Notes: generated by a model not told the origin, from the letters alone. DNA of 64,000 nucleotides from Candidatus Woesearchaeota archaeon (GCA_038895475.1 JAWANI010000002.1:30871-94870), one strand, 5' to 3'; positions 46,930 to 57,457 are shown, counted from the stretch's first letter. Translations and numbers: made by a program.

Positions 46930-47883
46930 CTACATTGCTTCTAATCTTTTTATCCTTTCATCTATCGGGGGATGAGTACTGAAAAGGTTTGAAAACCATC
47001 CCGGCTTAAAAGGGTTGCTAAAATATAGGTGTGCTGTTGCTTTATTAGCTACTTTTGTGGGCATGTGTTCTTTCTTTATTTTCTTTAATGCATCAGCCAA
47101 TGCCTGAGGATGTCTTGACAATATTGCTCCTGTGGCGTCTGCTGCAAATTCTCTCCTTCTAGAAATTGCAAGTTTAATCAGTTCTGCTATTATAGGTGCA
47201 AGTATGGCTAAAACTATTCCTACAACAAGAATCACTAAATTACCCCTACTAGTATCATCTCTTCCACCGCCAAACCACATGCTTCTTATAAACAAATCAC
47301 TTAGCAGAGCAATCAAACCAACAAGCAAAACAGTTATTGTCATTAACCGCATATCATAATTTTTTATGTGTGCTATTTCGTGAGCAATAACTCCTTCTAA
47401 CTCGGTTCTGTTGAGTTTCTTTAAAGCACCCTCTGTTACTGCAACACTTGCATTTTTCGGATTTCTGCCTGTGGCAAAAGCATTAATAGATTGATCTGGA
47501 ATAACATATATTTTTGGGGTCGGAATCTGTGCAGCTATTGCTAAACCTTCAACACTATTTATATAATGTGCATGTTCCTTTTTGTTTGCAGGATATGCTT
47601 TACTTATTTCAAGAGCAACCTTGTCGCCCCAATAATAGCTTGCCAACGACATTATTATAGATATTATAAAAGCAATTAACATAAAAGAAATTATTATAAC
47701 TGGACTGCCCTTGCCATACCATAATCCAATAATATATGCTAAACCTATAAGTACTAATGCAAATAAGAACATTAAAAGATAACTCTTAAACTTATTCTTT
47801 GAGGCCTCATCAAAAGCATTAGCCATAAAAACACCCTTAAAAAAATTTAAAAAAAGCAAGTTATTCAAAAAGCAATCATTCAA
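46930..47883 (-). CDS. htpX: HtpX-like M48 zinc metalloprotease
   Basis: [10 protein letters not shown] and [11 protein letters not shown]. Probable true start is ATG 47826 (MANAFDE), which removes the overlap with lemA. Confidence 0.85.
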   Translation of the reverse strand: MNDCFLNNLLFLNFFKGVFMANAFDEASKNKFKSYLLMFLFALVLIGLAYIIGLWYGKGSPVIIISFMLIAFIISIIMSLASYYWGDKVALEISKAYPANKKEHAHYINSVEGLAIAAQIPTPKIYVIPDQSINAFATGRNPKNASVAVTEGALKKLNRTELEGVIAHEIAHIKNYDMRLMTITVLLVGLIALLSDLFIRSMWFGGGRDDTSRGNLVILVVGIVLAILAPIIAELIKLAISRRREFAADATGAILSRHPQALADALKKIKKEHMPTKVANKATAHLYFSNPFKPGWFSNLFSTHPPIDERIKRLEAM

Positions 47884-48427
47884 AATTAACTTTTACGAGT
47901 TCTTTTTCCTTTTCTTCTGTTTTGAAAAAATCTCTTTGTTTAAAGTTGAACATTCCTGCAATTATGTTTCCAGGAAATTGTTGTATTCCATTATTATATG
48001 ATAATACTGCATCATTATATGCTTGCCTTGCATATGCTATTTTACTCTCTGTGCCTGAAAGTTCTTCCTGCAACATTCTAAAATTTTCGCTTGCTTCCAA
48101 TTTAGGATAATTCTCGGCAACAGCAAACAAACTTTTCAAAGTTTCAGAAAGCATGTTGTTTGCTTTAGCCTTTTCACTTACTGTTTTTGCTTCCATCAAT
48201 GCAGTTCTTGCCTTGGTAACTTCTGTAAATACTTTTTTTTCATGCTTTGCATAACCCTTAACAGTTTCTACAAGGTTCGGTATTAAGTCATATCTCCTCT
48301 TTAGTTGAACCTCTATCTGTGCCCATGCATTATCTATTCTATTTCTAAGAACAATAAACCTGTTATATGCTATTATCAGTATAAGCAACAAAAAGACAAT
48401 TATTCCTGCAAAAATCCATCCAATCAT
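47876..48427 (-). CDS. lemA: LemA family protein
   Basis: 183 aa. N-terminal TM plus [32 protein letters not shown]. The LemA-HtpX pairing is common. Confidence 0.85.
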   Translation of the reverse strand: MIGWIFAGIIVFLLLILIIAYNRFIVLRNRIDNAWAQIEVQLKRRYDLIPNLVETVKGYAKHEKKVFTEVTKARTALMEAKTVSEKAKANNMLSETLKSLFAVAENYPKLEASENFRMLQEELSGTESKIAYARQAYNDAVLSYNNGIQQFPGNIIAGMFNFKQRDFFKTEEKEKELVKVNFE

Positions 48428-48549
48428 GATCTCACCTTTTGGTGTAAAATAAGGTTTTTTTATAAATTTTCTGAAAGTGATTTAAAGAAAAATTTATAAA
48501 CAAAAAGCGGCAACTCTTTAATAAAATGTTTTTTGGAGGGTGATTTAAA

Positions 48550-48912
48550 ATGGCAAAAGGGTCTACAGATTTATTGGCAAAAGTAGGTAGTTGGGCATTT
48601 ATAATCGGAGTAGTAATAGCACTGATAGTAGGAATATTTTCCGGGGCAAGTAACGGCGTAACAACATCTGTTCTTATTGTGTTAGGACTTATAGTTGGTT
48701 TCTTAAACGTTACTGGAAGAGAAACAACACCATTCTTGCTTGCAACAGTATCATTAGTAATAGTTGCAAATTTCGGAAGTCAAACACTAGGAAATGTAGC
48801 AATGATTGGTTCAATTCTTGAAGGAACATTAGGTGCATTAATGACATTCGTCATACCTGCAACAATAATAGTTGCATTAAAAGCAATATATGCTTTAGCA
48901 CATGACGAATAA
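48550..48912 (+). CDS. small hypothetical membrane protein (3-4 TM)
   Basis: 120 aa. G/V/I-rich hydrophobic helices. GGAGGG Shine-Dalgarno-like sequence upstream. Confidence 0.45.
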   Translation: MAKGSTDLLAKVGSWAFIIGVVIALIVGIFSGASNGVTTSVLIVLGLIVGFLNVTGRETTPFLLATVSLVIVANFGSQTLGNVAMIGSILEGTLGALMTFVIPATIIVALKAIYALAHDE

Positions 48913-49102
48913 ACTTTTTTATTTTTTAATTTATTTTTAATTTCTACTTTAAGAAATTCTAAATAATATGACGGCATTAAACTAAAAAACTGTTTGATAT
49001 GTTTTAAAGCACAAACAATGCTTTGTATACTCAATAAAGAACATTAAGAAAAAAACACTTGAAAAAATTCAATCAAGAAAACTGGTGTTAAAAAATAATA
49101 TG

Positions 49103-49120
49103 AAGAGGATTTCTCCTCTT
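49103..49120 (-). terminator. candidate terminator hairpin downstream of the 82-aa gene
   Basis: aagagga-tttc-tcctctt forms a 7-bp stem starting 13 nt beyond the stop. Read on the minus strand, a T-run follows it. Confidence 0.3.
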
Positions 49121-49132
49121 TATAAAAAAAAC

Positions 49133-49381
49133 TTATTTCTTCTTTTTCTTGCCGCCTCTAGCCATTTTTGCTCTAGAGATGTTTCCTTTCTTATCAACGA
49201 AATATAAGTAGCCTTTCTCTTTCTTTACACCTACTTTTGCTACTTTCTTTGAACCTTTCTTTGCTTTCTTGCCGCCTCTAGCCATTACAGCAGCAGAGAT
49301 GTCTCCTTGCTTATCTACAAAATATAGAAGTCCTTTTTCTTTCTTAATACCTACTTTTGCAACTGTTTCCATATTTGTCAC
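49133..49381 (-). CDS. small basic protein made of two 40-aa tandem repeats
   Basis: 82 aa. VAKVGIKKEKGLLYFVDKQGDISAAVMARGGKKAKKGSKK followed by VAKVGVKKEKGYLYFVDKKGNISRAKMARGGKKKKK. The repeat is also visible in the DNA (cttgccgcctctagccat appears twice, 120 nt apart). Confidence 0.5.
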   Translation of the reverse strand: MTNMETVAKVGIKKEKGLLYFVDKQGDISAAVMARGGKKAKKGSKKVAKVGVKKEKGYLYFVDKKGNISRAKMARGGKKKKK

Positions 49382-49564
49382 CCCAACTCATACGAGTTAA
49401 TAATATCTCATAGAGGGACTTATTTATAAAGTTTATTATTTTTTAGTCGACAAAACCAATAAGGACATTCCACAAAAAAAGCATCTATGTTAAAAAAATA
49501 TTAATAAAATAATAATATTAATATTGATAATAATATTAATAATAATATTAATAATAATTAGCAA

Positions 49565-50341
49565 CTAATTTTTCTGCTCGACATAAATACTATAAAGTGC
49601 CGATACAACAATTCCTATAAACAAAGAAATTACAAACAACCATCCTAAACTTGTAACTGTTATTGAAGTATATGTTAATAATGAAAAAACAAGCACTGTT
49701 ATAAATACTAAAACATAAAGTGTTCTTGAGAAGAAAAATATTCCTAAACCATCCGTGGCTGTATCCATTTTTGATGGAAAGTCAATTTTTGGTATAGGGA
49801 ACATTGAATAAATTGCGAGCAGTAAATTAATAAAAATAATGGCAAGAACTGCCTCATTGTATTCTGTAATAAAAAAAACACTTCCTATAATCATGACCAA
49901 TACAATGTGTGCTATCGGTCCTGCCAAGGATATTCTTGCGATATCTTTAAGATTAAAACCATACCTGAACTTTCCTAGTCTTAATTTAGGGATATGCTCT
50001 AAAACAACAGATCCTGGTAATAAGAAAGCAATATATCCTATGCTGAGAAACGATAAAAATATTGTAAATAATAATCCGTTTAACCAGTAATTATATGTTA
50101 CTTTATACCCTAATCTTATTCCTATAAGTTTTTGTAATGAAACATGAACATACATGCTAAAAAATACTGCAGCAGAATAAAACAGGAGATTTAAAATACC
50201 TACTTTAAAATCAAAAACATCTCCTCCCCATTTTCTGAATGAAAGTGCAAATCCAAATGCCAAAGAAGTCCAAAACAACTGTGACAATTCAGTTCTTGAA
50301 AATGAAAAATTTTGCCTGACCGAATACCAGTAACCTTCCAT
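49565..50341 (-). CDS. polytopic membrane protein, M50/site-2-protease-like with degenerate active site
   Basis: 258 aa. MYVHVSLQKLIG occupies the position where M50 proteases carry HExxH (E to V, second H to Q). A later NLLLAIYSMFPIPKIDF resembles the NxxPxxxLDG region. Confidence 0.4.
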   Translation of the reverse strand: MEGYWYSVRQNFSFSRTELSQLFWTSLAFGFALSFRKWGGDVFDFKVGILNLLFYSAAVFFSMYVHVSLQKLIGIRLGYKVTYNYWLNGLLFTIFLSFLSIGYIAFLLPGSVVLEHIPKLRLGKFRYGFNLKDIARISLAGPIAHIVLVMIIGSVFFITEYNEAVLAIIFINLLLAIYSMFPIPKIDFPSKMDTATDGLGIFFFSRTLYVLVFITVLVFSLLTYTSITVTSLGWLFVISLFIGIVVSALYSIYVEQKN

Positions 50342-50419
50342 AACTTAAAAAAGAAGCTGCACTTATTTAAATTTTACCAAATTAATCCTCAATAATTTTA
50401 ATAAACAATATTTTAAAGA

Positions 50420-50956
50420 TTAATGCTCATTTAAAACTCTTAAAAATGATTCTAAGATAATTCGAGATTTCATACACATCGGTTCTTTTGATAAAGAAAA
50501 AGCATTCACTTTTAAATTATACTTTTTAGCCAGATACATGTCCTGATACATCCTTCCTAAGTTTTGAAAGTTTTTATCTAAAATATTTGAAAAAGAAAAA
50601 ACCAAACAAATATCGTTTTCCTTGCAAAGCTTTGCATTTACCTGATTCAGTCCGGTTCTTCTATAATGAAAAGAATCTGATTTTTGTATTAATTCAGAAT
50701 TTATAATAAAATCGACTTTTGATTCAAAAAAAACTCTCTCTGAATCAGCAACAACATAATCAAAACTTTTTCTAGCAAATTTAATAATATTTACATCTTT
50801 CACTAAAAAAGCACTGATTACTTTTATCCTTTCAGAACTATACTTATAATTTATATTGTCAGAAAGAAAAACTATTTTTTTATAACCCAGAGATAATGCA
50901 ACATCTATAAATTTTTCTTCATTATTTTTCGGAATTACAATATCAAAATCATACAT
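50420..50956 (-). CDS. rnp3: RNase P protein component 3 (Rpp30-like), tentative
   Basis: 178 aa. The MYDFDIVIP start, the alternating beta/alpha pattern and the size resemble archaeal Rpp30. No decisive motif. Confidence 0.4.
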   Translation of the reverse strand: MYDFDIVIPKNNEEKFIDVALSLGYKKIVFLSDNINYKYSSERIKVISAFLVKDVNIIKFARKSFDYVVADSERVFFESKVDFIINSELIQKSDSFHYRRTGLNQVNAKLCKENDICLVFSFSNILDKNFQNLGRMYQDMYLAKKYNLKVNAFSLSKEPMCMKSRIILESFLRVLNEH

Positions 50957-51091
50957 ATTAATAAAAATGCTTGTGTTTTTAAAAATATTTTTCTAAATTT
51001 ACTTAACCGGCGTTTTTAATTAAAATTCATTAATATTTTTTGATAATATAAAATCGAAACCATTTTAAGCAACACTTGATTTTTTAATAAA

Positions 51092-51766
51092 ATGGAAAGA
51101 ATCCAAAAAATAATTTCTAATGCAGGATTTTGTTCTAGGAGAAAAGCGGAAGAACTAATCATTAAAGGTAAAGTGTTTGTTAATGGAAAAAAAGCAGTAA
51201 TAGGACAAAAATCAGATATTGAAAAGGATGAAATAATGGTTAATAATGTTGTTATTAAAAAAAACAATCCAATATATATTATGCTTAACAAACCAAAAAA
51301 TTATGAAGTCACAACAGCTCAAAATAAAAAAAACGTTTTAGAATTAATACCTATAACTGAAAGAATATTCCCTGTTGGAAGACTGGATAAAAACACTACC
51401 GGACTATTATTATTAACTAATGACGGAGATTTCGCCAATAAAATAATGCATCCAAGGTATAATAAGGAAAAAAAGTATTATGTAAAAACAGATAAACCTA
51501 TTCTGAGAAAAGATATAGAGGCAATAGAAAAAGGGGTAAGATTAAAAGACGGATATATAAAAGGCAAAATAAAACAATACCATAAAGATCAAATCGAGAT
51601 AACTGTAAACGAGGGAAAAAAACATATCATAAAAAGGCTGTTTTTCAAATTAGGATACTATGTAAAAGAGTTGTCAAGAACACAAATAGGAAATCTTAGA
51701 TTAAATGTAAAAGTTGGAAAATGGCGTTTTCTTACAAAAAAAGAGGTTGAAGATTTAATGAAATAA
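51092..51766 (+). CDS. RsuA/RluB-family pseudouridine synthase (S4 domain plus catalytic domain)
   Basis: 224 aa. S4 region RIQKIISNAGFCSRRKAEELI and catalytic GRLDKNTTGLLLLTNDG. Confidence 0.85.
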   Translation: MERIQKIISNAGFCSRRKAEELIIKGKVFVNGKKAVIGQKSDIEKDEIMVNNVVIKKNNPIYIMLNKPKNYEVTTAQNKKNVLELIPITERIFPVGRLDKNTTGLLLLTNDGDFANKIMHPRYNKEKKYYVKTDKPILRKDIEAIEKGVRLKDGYIKGKIKQYHKDQIEITVNEGKKHIIKRLFFKLGYYVKELSRTQIGNLRLNVKVGKWRFLTKKEVEDLMK

Positions 51767-51781
51767 TTAAAAAATACTATA

Positions 51782-52213
51782 TTATGATTCTACTTTTTTT
51801 ATTTCCTCCAATGCTTCATCAAGGGCTATTTTTTCAGTATCCCATGTCAATTTTGATCTTACATTATCAAGCATTGCCCATAAATAACTATCGTGCTTTT
51901 TTTCAAATGCATAGTTTTTTACAGGTATATTCATAGATGCATTAACAAGATAAAATTGAAAAACATGAGTATCTTGACCGTCCTGAAATGCTCTTGTAGA
52001 ATTTAGTTTTTTTATAATATTAAACTTTGATATGCCCACTTGGTCTTTTATTAATCTCTCAACAGCTTTTTCCTCTGCTTCACCTTCCTCCAACAATGTT
52101 TTAGGAAACTCCCATCCTTTCCATCCCTGGACTCTTCTTAGTATTAAAAAAAATAATTCTCCATTATTATCGTATGTTATTATTTGAACACCATGCTTTT
52201 CCATTAAAATCAC
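51782..52213 (-). CDS. Nudix-fold protein with degenerate Nudix box
   Basis: 143 aa. GWEFPKTLLEEGEAEEKAVERLIKDQVGI aligns to GX5EX7REUXEEXGU, but RE..EE is replaced by ER..KD. Confidence 0.4.
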   Translation of the reverse strand: MILMEKHGVQIITYDNNGELFFLILRRVQGWKGWEFPKTLLEEGEAEEKAVERLIKDQVGISKFNIIKKLNSTRAFQDGQDTHVFQFYLVNASMNIPVKNYAFEKKHDSYLWAMLDNVRSKLTWDTEKIALDEALEEIKKVES

Positions 52214-52294
52214 CGATTAAGTGTAAAATAGTTATTTTAAATAGTTTTTGATAATGAAGAAAAATATTTAATAACAGAGATATATATTATAAGT

Positions 52295-52930
52295 ATGAAG
52301 CCCATAATTTGTGTTGATTTGAATGGTGCTTTGATAAAACAAAGACCTTTCGATATTGCCCACAAGGAATGGTTTCGTATAATGTCTGAATTAATAAGGG
52401 ATTATTCTATAAATGAGTTTGCATTTAAAGAGGATTATTTTAAAGATGTTCAAGAGATTATGAAAAAATATCTTGGAAATGTTGACATAAAAACAAGAAA
52501 TGCATTTGCAAGGAACATTTACTCTATGGTTGTTATTGAATCTGTAAAAAAATGGGATTTAGTTGAGGATTTTGCAGAATATTTAAACAATATTAAAAAA
52601 AGATTTATTGTTGCACTCATAACTTCTGCACCAACTTTAGCAGTTAAAGGGATTCTTGAGAAAATAGAATGCAAAGATTTATTTGATATTGTTCTTGCAA
52701 GCCCTATGGAAGAGGTACCTGGCAAAAGGGAGCTTTTAGAGATTTTTATAAAAAAGCATGGAAGGCCTTTATTTTATATAGGCGCAGGTGATGAGGCAAT
52801 AAATGCTTTCAAGGATGCTGGTGTAAAAACAATTGTTGTAAATTGGGTTGTTACCGGAAAAAATAAGGGGAATTTTGAGGCAAACAATATACAGGAATTA
52901 GATAAAATAATTCAAAGATTTATTTTATAA
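52295..52930 (+). CDS. HAD-superfamily hydrolase-like protein
   Basis: 211 aa. Motif I variant CVDLNGAL (DxN rather than DxD), ITSAP, and GAGDEAINAF. Rossmannoid pattern. Confidence 0.45.
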   Translation: MKPIICVDLNGALIKQRPFDIAHKEWFRIMSELIRDYSINEFAFKEDYFKDVQEIMKKYLGNVDIKTRNAFARNIYSMVVIESVKKWDLVEDFAEYLNNIKKRFIVALITSAPTLAVKGILEKIECKDLFDIVLASPMEEVPGKRELLEIFIKKHGRPLFYIGAGDEAINAFKDAGVKTIVVNWVVTGKNKGNFEANNIQELDKIIQRFIL

Positions 52931-53264
52931 CCTTTTTTTGTTTTTCTTATGTTTTTTCTTATATTTGTTTCATTAATTAAATTGATAAATAACAAAGACT
53001 ACTTTAGAATAGTTTCCATAAGAAATAAAGGAGTTATTTTTGTATACTGATATAAGTAATATGGCTTTTTCTATGCTTAATTTACTAAAAAATAAACACT
53101 CCATAAGAAGCAAAGGTTTGTCTCAACAAAATGACAGCAAACCATTATTTCCTATGGAAAATCTAAATACAAATCAAATATACAAAAGACAAACAATCAT
53201 AGCATTTATAAATAAAAAGATAATTCTATTTATAAACACTTTAAAATTGCCTTAAAAAAGGCAG

Positions 53265-53843
53265 GTGGTAAAAATGGCAAAAAAAACAGCAAAAAAAGAA
53301 AATAAAGAATCAACAAAAGAATTACAAATAGTAAATATTGTTGTGAGTTCTTCATTAGAACATAATATTCCTTTAGAAAAAATGGCTGCAACATTAAGCA
53401 ATACTGAATATAATCCGGAACAATTCCCGGGGTTAGTGATAAGAATAAAAGATCCAAAAACTTCTGCACTAATTTTTAGTTCTGGAAAAATAGTGTGTAC
53501 TGGTGCAAGAAGCCTACAAAAAGTTGAAGAATCTATACAAAAAATAATAGAAAGCTTACAAAAAATAGGTATAAAAATAACAATAAAACCAAAAATAACA
53601 ATACAAAATATGGTTGCTGCAGGAAGCATAGGAATGGACTTAAACCTTAATACTCTTGCAATGAAACTTCCAAATACAGAATATGAACCGGAACAATTCC
53701 CGGGATTAGTATATAAATTAATAGAGGCAAAAGCAACATTCCTTTTATTCAGCAATGGAAAAGTAGTATGTACTGGGACAAAATCAGAAGAAGAAGCAAG
53801 ACAGGCATTGGATAAACTAGTAGTAATACTTAAAAAAATATAA
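53265..53843 (+). CDS. tbp: TATA-box binding protein
   Basis: 192 aa. Two pseudo-symmetric repeats, each with PEQFPGLV and SGK(I/V)VCTG. Confidence 0.92.
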   Translation: MVKMAKKTAKKENKESTKELQIVNIVVSSSLEHNIPLEKMAATLSNTEYNPEQFPGLVIRIKDPKTSALIFSSGKIVCTGARSLQKVEESIQKIIESLQKIGIKITIKPKITIQNMVAAGSIGMDLNLNTLAMKLPNTEYEPEQFPGLVYKLIEAKATFLLFSNGKVVCTGTKSEEEARQALDKLVVILKKI

Positions 53844-53891
53844 CTCTTTAAATTTTTATAACAATTTTTTAAGATTTTTTGAGGGGGTCTT

Positions 53892-55904
53892 ATGGAGTTT
53901 TCAGACCAGATAGAAAAATTTCAGGAATTCTTTAACATAGTTTACAATAAACAGCTTCATCAGGCATTATCCAAAGGAGAAAAATCAATAATCGTAAATT
54001 TTAGTGATATAAGCAAATTTGACATAGAATTATCACAAGAAATAATAGAAGCCCCTGAAGAAACACTGAAAGCTGCAGAAATAGCCATAGAACAAACAGG
54101 AGTTCAAATAAAAGATTTTAAAGTAAGAATAAAAAACCTTCCAAAAACACAACAAGAACTGATAAGAAATATCAGGAGTATACATTTAAATAAATTCATA
54201 CAGGTTTCTGGGATAATCAGACAAAAATCAGATGTTAGGCCACAAATAACCTCTGCAAGATTTGAATGTCCTAGTTGTGGAAATATTCTAACAGTATTAC
54301 AATTAGACACAAAATTTAGGGAACCAACAAGTTGTGGATGTGGAAGAAAAGGCAAATTCAGAATAATAAGCAAAGAAATGGTTGATGTTCAAAAAATTGT
54401 TTTAGAAGAAGCACCTGAAGAATTAGAAGGCTCAGAACAACCAAAAAGACTTGATATTTTTTTAAAGGGAGATCTTGTCAGCCCGATGTCTGAAAAAAAA
54501 ACAAATCCTGGTTCTAAAAATATAATTACAGGGATATTAAAAGAAGTTCCTATATTGGCAAGAGATGGCGGAAAACTTGCAAGAGTCGATTTAATGTTAG
54601 AAGCAAACCATGTTGAAGCTGTTGCTGAAGATTTCGGAGAAATAGAAATAAATCCTGAAGAAGTACAGGAAATAAAAGAATTGTCAGAAGATCCTGCATT
54701 AATGAAAAGACTTGTCAATTCCATAGCACCATCAATATATGGACATGAAAAAGTTAAAGAAGCATTAATATTGCAATTATTTGGGGGTGTTAGAAAGAAA
54801 AAAGACGATGGTTCAGTAACAAGAGGAGACATACACGTTTTATTAATAGGAGATCCTGGTTCTGGAAAAAGTCAGATGTTAAAAAGAGTCTCATTGGTTG
54901 CTCCTAAATCAAGATATGTTTCTGGGAAAGGAGCGAGTGCAGCAGGATTAACAGCAACAGTTGTTAAAGATGAATTTTTAAGAGGATATGCTTTAGAAGC
55001 GGGCGCCCTAGTACTGACTAATAGGGGAATATGTTGTATTGATGAGTTAGATAAGATGAGCAAAGAAGACACTAGTGCAATGCACGAAGCATTAGAACAA
55101 CAAACAATTTCTATAAACAAAGCAAATATTTCTGCAACATTAAGAGCAGAAACAACAGTTCTTGCAGCAGCCAATCCAAAATTCGGAAGATTCGACCCGT
55201 ATGAACCAATACCCAAACAAATAGAGTTGCCCTCTACATTAATAAACAGGTTTGATTTAATATTCCCTATAAGAGATATTCCTAATCCTTCAAGAGATGA
55301 AAAAACAGCAACATTTATACTTAAATTACATAAAGATTCCTCCGGAGGAGAAATAGACATACCTACACAGGTATTAAAAAAATATATTGCTTATGCACGC
55401 CAAAACATAAATCCTCAAATAACTGATGAGGCATTAGAGGAAATAAAAGAATACTATGTAAAAATGAGGTCTACAGGCAGTGGTGAAGAAGGCTACAAAG
55501 CAATACCTATTTCCGCAAGACAATTAGAGGCATTAATAAGATTAAGCGAAGCAAGCGCGAGAGCAAGATTATCCGAAAAAGTAACAAAAGCAGATGCAAG
55601 AAGAGCTATAGATTTGGTGCATTCATGTTTATCACAGATAGGCGTTGATCCTGAAACTGGAAAAATAGACATTGATAGAATAACCACTGGAATAACTGCA
55701 AGTCAAAGAAATATAATTGCAACAATAAAAGAGATAATACAGGATTTAGAAAAACAGATAGGTAAACAAATACCAATAGATGATATTTTCTTAAAGGCTA
55801 AAGAAAAAGGCATTGAACAGGAAAAAGCTGAAGAAGTACTGGACAGACTTAAAAAATCAGGAGACGTTTTTGCTCCAAGACCAAATTTTATAAGCAGACT
55901 ATAA
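53892..55904 (+). CDS. mcm: MCM replicative helicase
   Basis: 670 aa. Zn finger CPSCGN..CGCGRKG, Walker A GDPGSGKSQ, Walker B CIDELDKM, arginine finger/lid SARQLEALIRLSEA, and a C-terminal wH. Confidence 0.93.
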   Translation: MEFSDQIEKFQEFFNIVYNKQLHQALSKGEKSIIVNFSDISKFDIELSQEIIEAPEETLKAAEIAIEQTGVQIKDFKVRIKNLPKTQQELIRNIRSIHLNKFIQVSGIIRQKSDVRPQITSARFECPSCGNILTVLQLDTKFREPTSCGCGRKGKFRIISKEMVDVQKIVLEEAPEELEGSEQPKRLDIFLKGDLVSPMSEKKTNPGSKNIITGILKEVPILARDGGKLARVDLMLEANHVEAVAEDFGEIEINPEEVQEIKELSEDPALMKRLVNSIAPSIYGHEKVKEALILQLFGGVRKKKDDGSVTRGDIHVLLIGDPGSGKSQMLKRVSLVAPKSRYVSGKGASAAGLTATVVKDEFLRGYALEAGALVLTNRGICCIDELDKMSKEDTSAMHEALEQQTISINKANISATLRAETTVLAAANPKFGRFDPYEPIPKQIELPSTLINRFDLIFPIRDIPNPSRDEKTATFILKLHKDSSGGEIDIPTQVLKKYIAYARQNINPQITDEALEEIKEYYVKMRSTGSGEEGYKAIPISARQLEALIRLSEASARARLSEKVTKADARRAIDLVHSCLSQIGVDPETGKIDIDRITTGITASQRNIIATIKEIIQDLEKQIGKQIPIDDIFLKAKEKGIEQEKAEEVLDRLKKSGDVFAPRPNFISRL

Positions 55905-55916
55905 AACTTTTTGAAA

Positions 55917-56540
55917 ATGAGTGATGAAATAAAAAGACAAACAGCGTATAAGTGCAGTATTGAAACATTAAATAAAGGTATTTTCGTAAAAAGGCCTGGT
56001 TGGGAATCAAATTATTTAATGACAGATTACGGAGATTTTTCAAGAGTAAACATTATTGCAGTTGTTGTTTCTAAAGAAGACAATTCAATAACTCTAGATG
56101 ATGGCACGGGAAAAATTATTGCAAGAACTTTTGATAAGCCTGAAATGTTATTAAAAGTACAAATAGGCGACCCCGTAATAATTATCGGAAGACCAAGAGA
56201 ATATAACAACAATATTTATCTGACAATAGACATAATTAAGAAAATAAAGGATATTGAGTGGATTAATTATAGAAAAAAAGAATTAAGTTTAATAAAAAAA
56301 ATAAGAAATGTAGACAAAAAAAACATTATTAATGATGCTGTAATAATAGAAAGTCAGAATACAATAACAAATAAAGAAAAGATAATTGCATTAATAAAAA
56401 ATTTAGATTCTGGGAGCGGAGCAGACATAGAAGACATTATAAAATATTCTAAAATAAAAAATGCAGAGGAGATAATAAAAGATTTTATATTAAAAGGGGA
56501 GGTTTTTGAAATAAAACCGGGAAAAATAAAATTAATGTAA
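55917..56540 (+). CDS. OB-fold plus C-terminal winged-helix protein, RPA32/Rpa2-like (tentative)
   Basis: The track starts at TTG 55911; ATG is at 55917. VNIIAVVVSKEDNSITLDDGTGKIIARTF..GDPVIIIGRPREYNNNIYL is an OB-fold pattern. The tail IEDIIKYSKIKNAEEIIKDFILKGEVFE looks like a wH. Starts 6-12 nt after the mcm stop. Confidence 0.4.
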   Translation: MSDEIKRQTAYKCSIETLNKGIFVKRPGWESNYLMTDYGDFSRVNIIAVVVSKEDNSITLDDGTGKIIARTFDKPEMLLKVQIGDPVIIIGRPREYNNNIYLTIDIIKKIKDIEWINYRKKELSLIKKIRNVDKKNIINDAVIIESQNTITNKEKIIALIKNLDSGSGADIEDIIKYSKIKNAEEIIKDFILKGEVFEIKPGKIKLM

Positions 56541-56566
56541 ATAAAATATTGTTTAAAAAGATTAAT

Positions 56567-57457
56567 CTAGAATATCAACGGAGTAACATATACTTCTAAT
56601 AATGCTGCCAAGAATATAAGAAATATTGATAGCATTAACAAATCTGCTGCATCAACTAATATGTGCTCAAATTTTCTTGTACTAAAATCATGATTTATAA
56701 CGGCAATACTTATTATTCCTCCAGCCAAAGCACCTACAAAATATGCTAATATCTCAGGAAAACCATGTATTATATATTTTGTTAAGCCTATAGATACAAC
56801 AGAAAAATAATCTGCAATAGTTAAATTTCCTGTTATTAAAAATATTTCAGACAAAGAATTCCTAATAAACATTCCTATGGCTGCACCAATAACAGATGCA
56901 TTCCATAATAATATAAATATTGCTCCTGCACCATATAAAAAACTAAATAATATACAGAATAAAAGCACTTTTATATTGTTAAAAAATATTTTAGAAAAAA
57001 CACCAAAAGATGTGGCTTCACCAGTAATAACTTTTCCTGTAATTTCTGAATTATTTTCGTCTAATGCATACTTTCCGTTTATAGACAATATTGTTGAAGT
57101 TTGACTCTCAAAGAGTGTAGATATTGTAGAAGAGGGTAAAACAGAATACCAGAAAACAAAAGAAAGAACTGCCCCCAAGAATAAATACATGAATGCTGAT
57201 AATGCTTTCCAGTGTTCTTTTAACAAAAAAACTTCCGAAACATCAGTTAAATCTTTTTCTTCTTCTAATTTTATTATTCTATAAATTAAAGGTATTGATG
57301 CTATTGTTGCTAAAAAAACCATGAATAAGCTAGAATATTCTTCAAAAATCATGTATGACAAAAACATTGCTAAACTTACATATACGAAACCAATAAAAAC
57401 CAGTATTTTAGGTCTGTTCTCTGCATTTGCAGGATTTATTATTGATTCCAAAACCAT
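56567..57457 (-). CDS. SpoIIM-like (DUF95) integral membrane protein
   Basis: 296 aa with about 6 TM. NNIKVLLFCILFSFLYGAGAIFILLWNASVIGAAIG is the typical core. Confidence 0.5.
   Translation of the reverse strand: MVLESIINPANAENRPKILVFIGFVYVSLAMFLSYMIFEEYSSLFMVFLATIASIPLIYRIIKLEEEKDLTDVSEVFLLKEHWKALSAFMYLFLGAVLSFVFWYSVLPSSTISTLFESQTSTILSINGKYALDENNSEITGKVITGEATSFGVFSKIFFNNIKVLLFCILFSFLYGAGAIFILLWNASVIGAAIGMFIRNSLSEIFLITGNLTIADYFSVVSIGLTKYIIHGFPEILAYFVGALAGGIISIAVINHDFSTRKFEHILVDAADLLMLSIFLIFLAALLEVYVTPLIF

Noticed and set aside
49490-49560. 71-nt tract that is pure A/T except for one G (taataatattaa-type repeats), considered as a DNA-unwinding element or origin
   Set aside because: No flanking ORB-like repeats and no initiator gene nearby. 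It is most simply the promoter/spacer of the small basic-protein gene in an AT-rich genome, or microsatellite-like slippage.
53415-53704. Exact 17-nt direct repeat ccggaacaattcccggg (53415-53431 and 53688-53704)
   Set aside because: Both copies encode the PEQFPG motif of the two pseudo-symmetric TBP halves. This is an ancient internal gene duplication, not a mobile or regulatory repeat.
53252-53755. 167-aa minus-strand ORF
   Set aside because: Entirely antisense to the TBP gene. The lack of stops is a by-product of A-rich codon usage (AAA/GAA read as TTT/TTC on the other strand).
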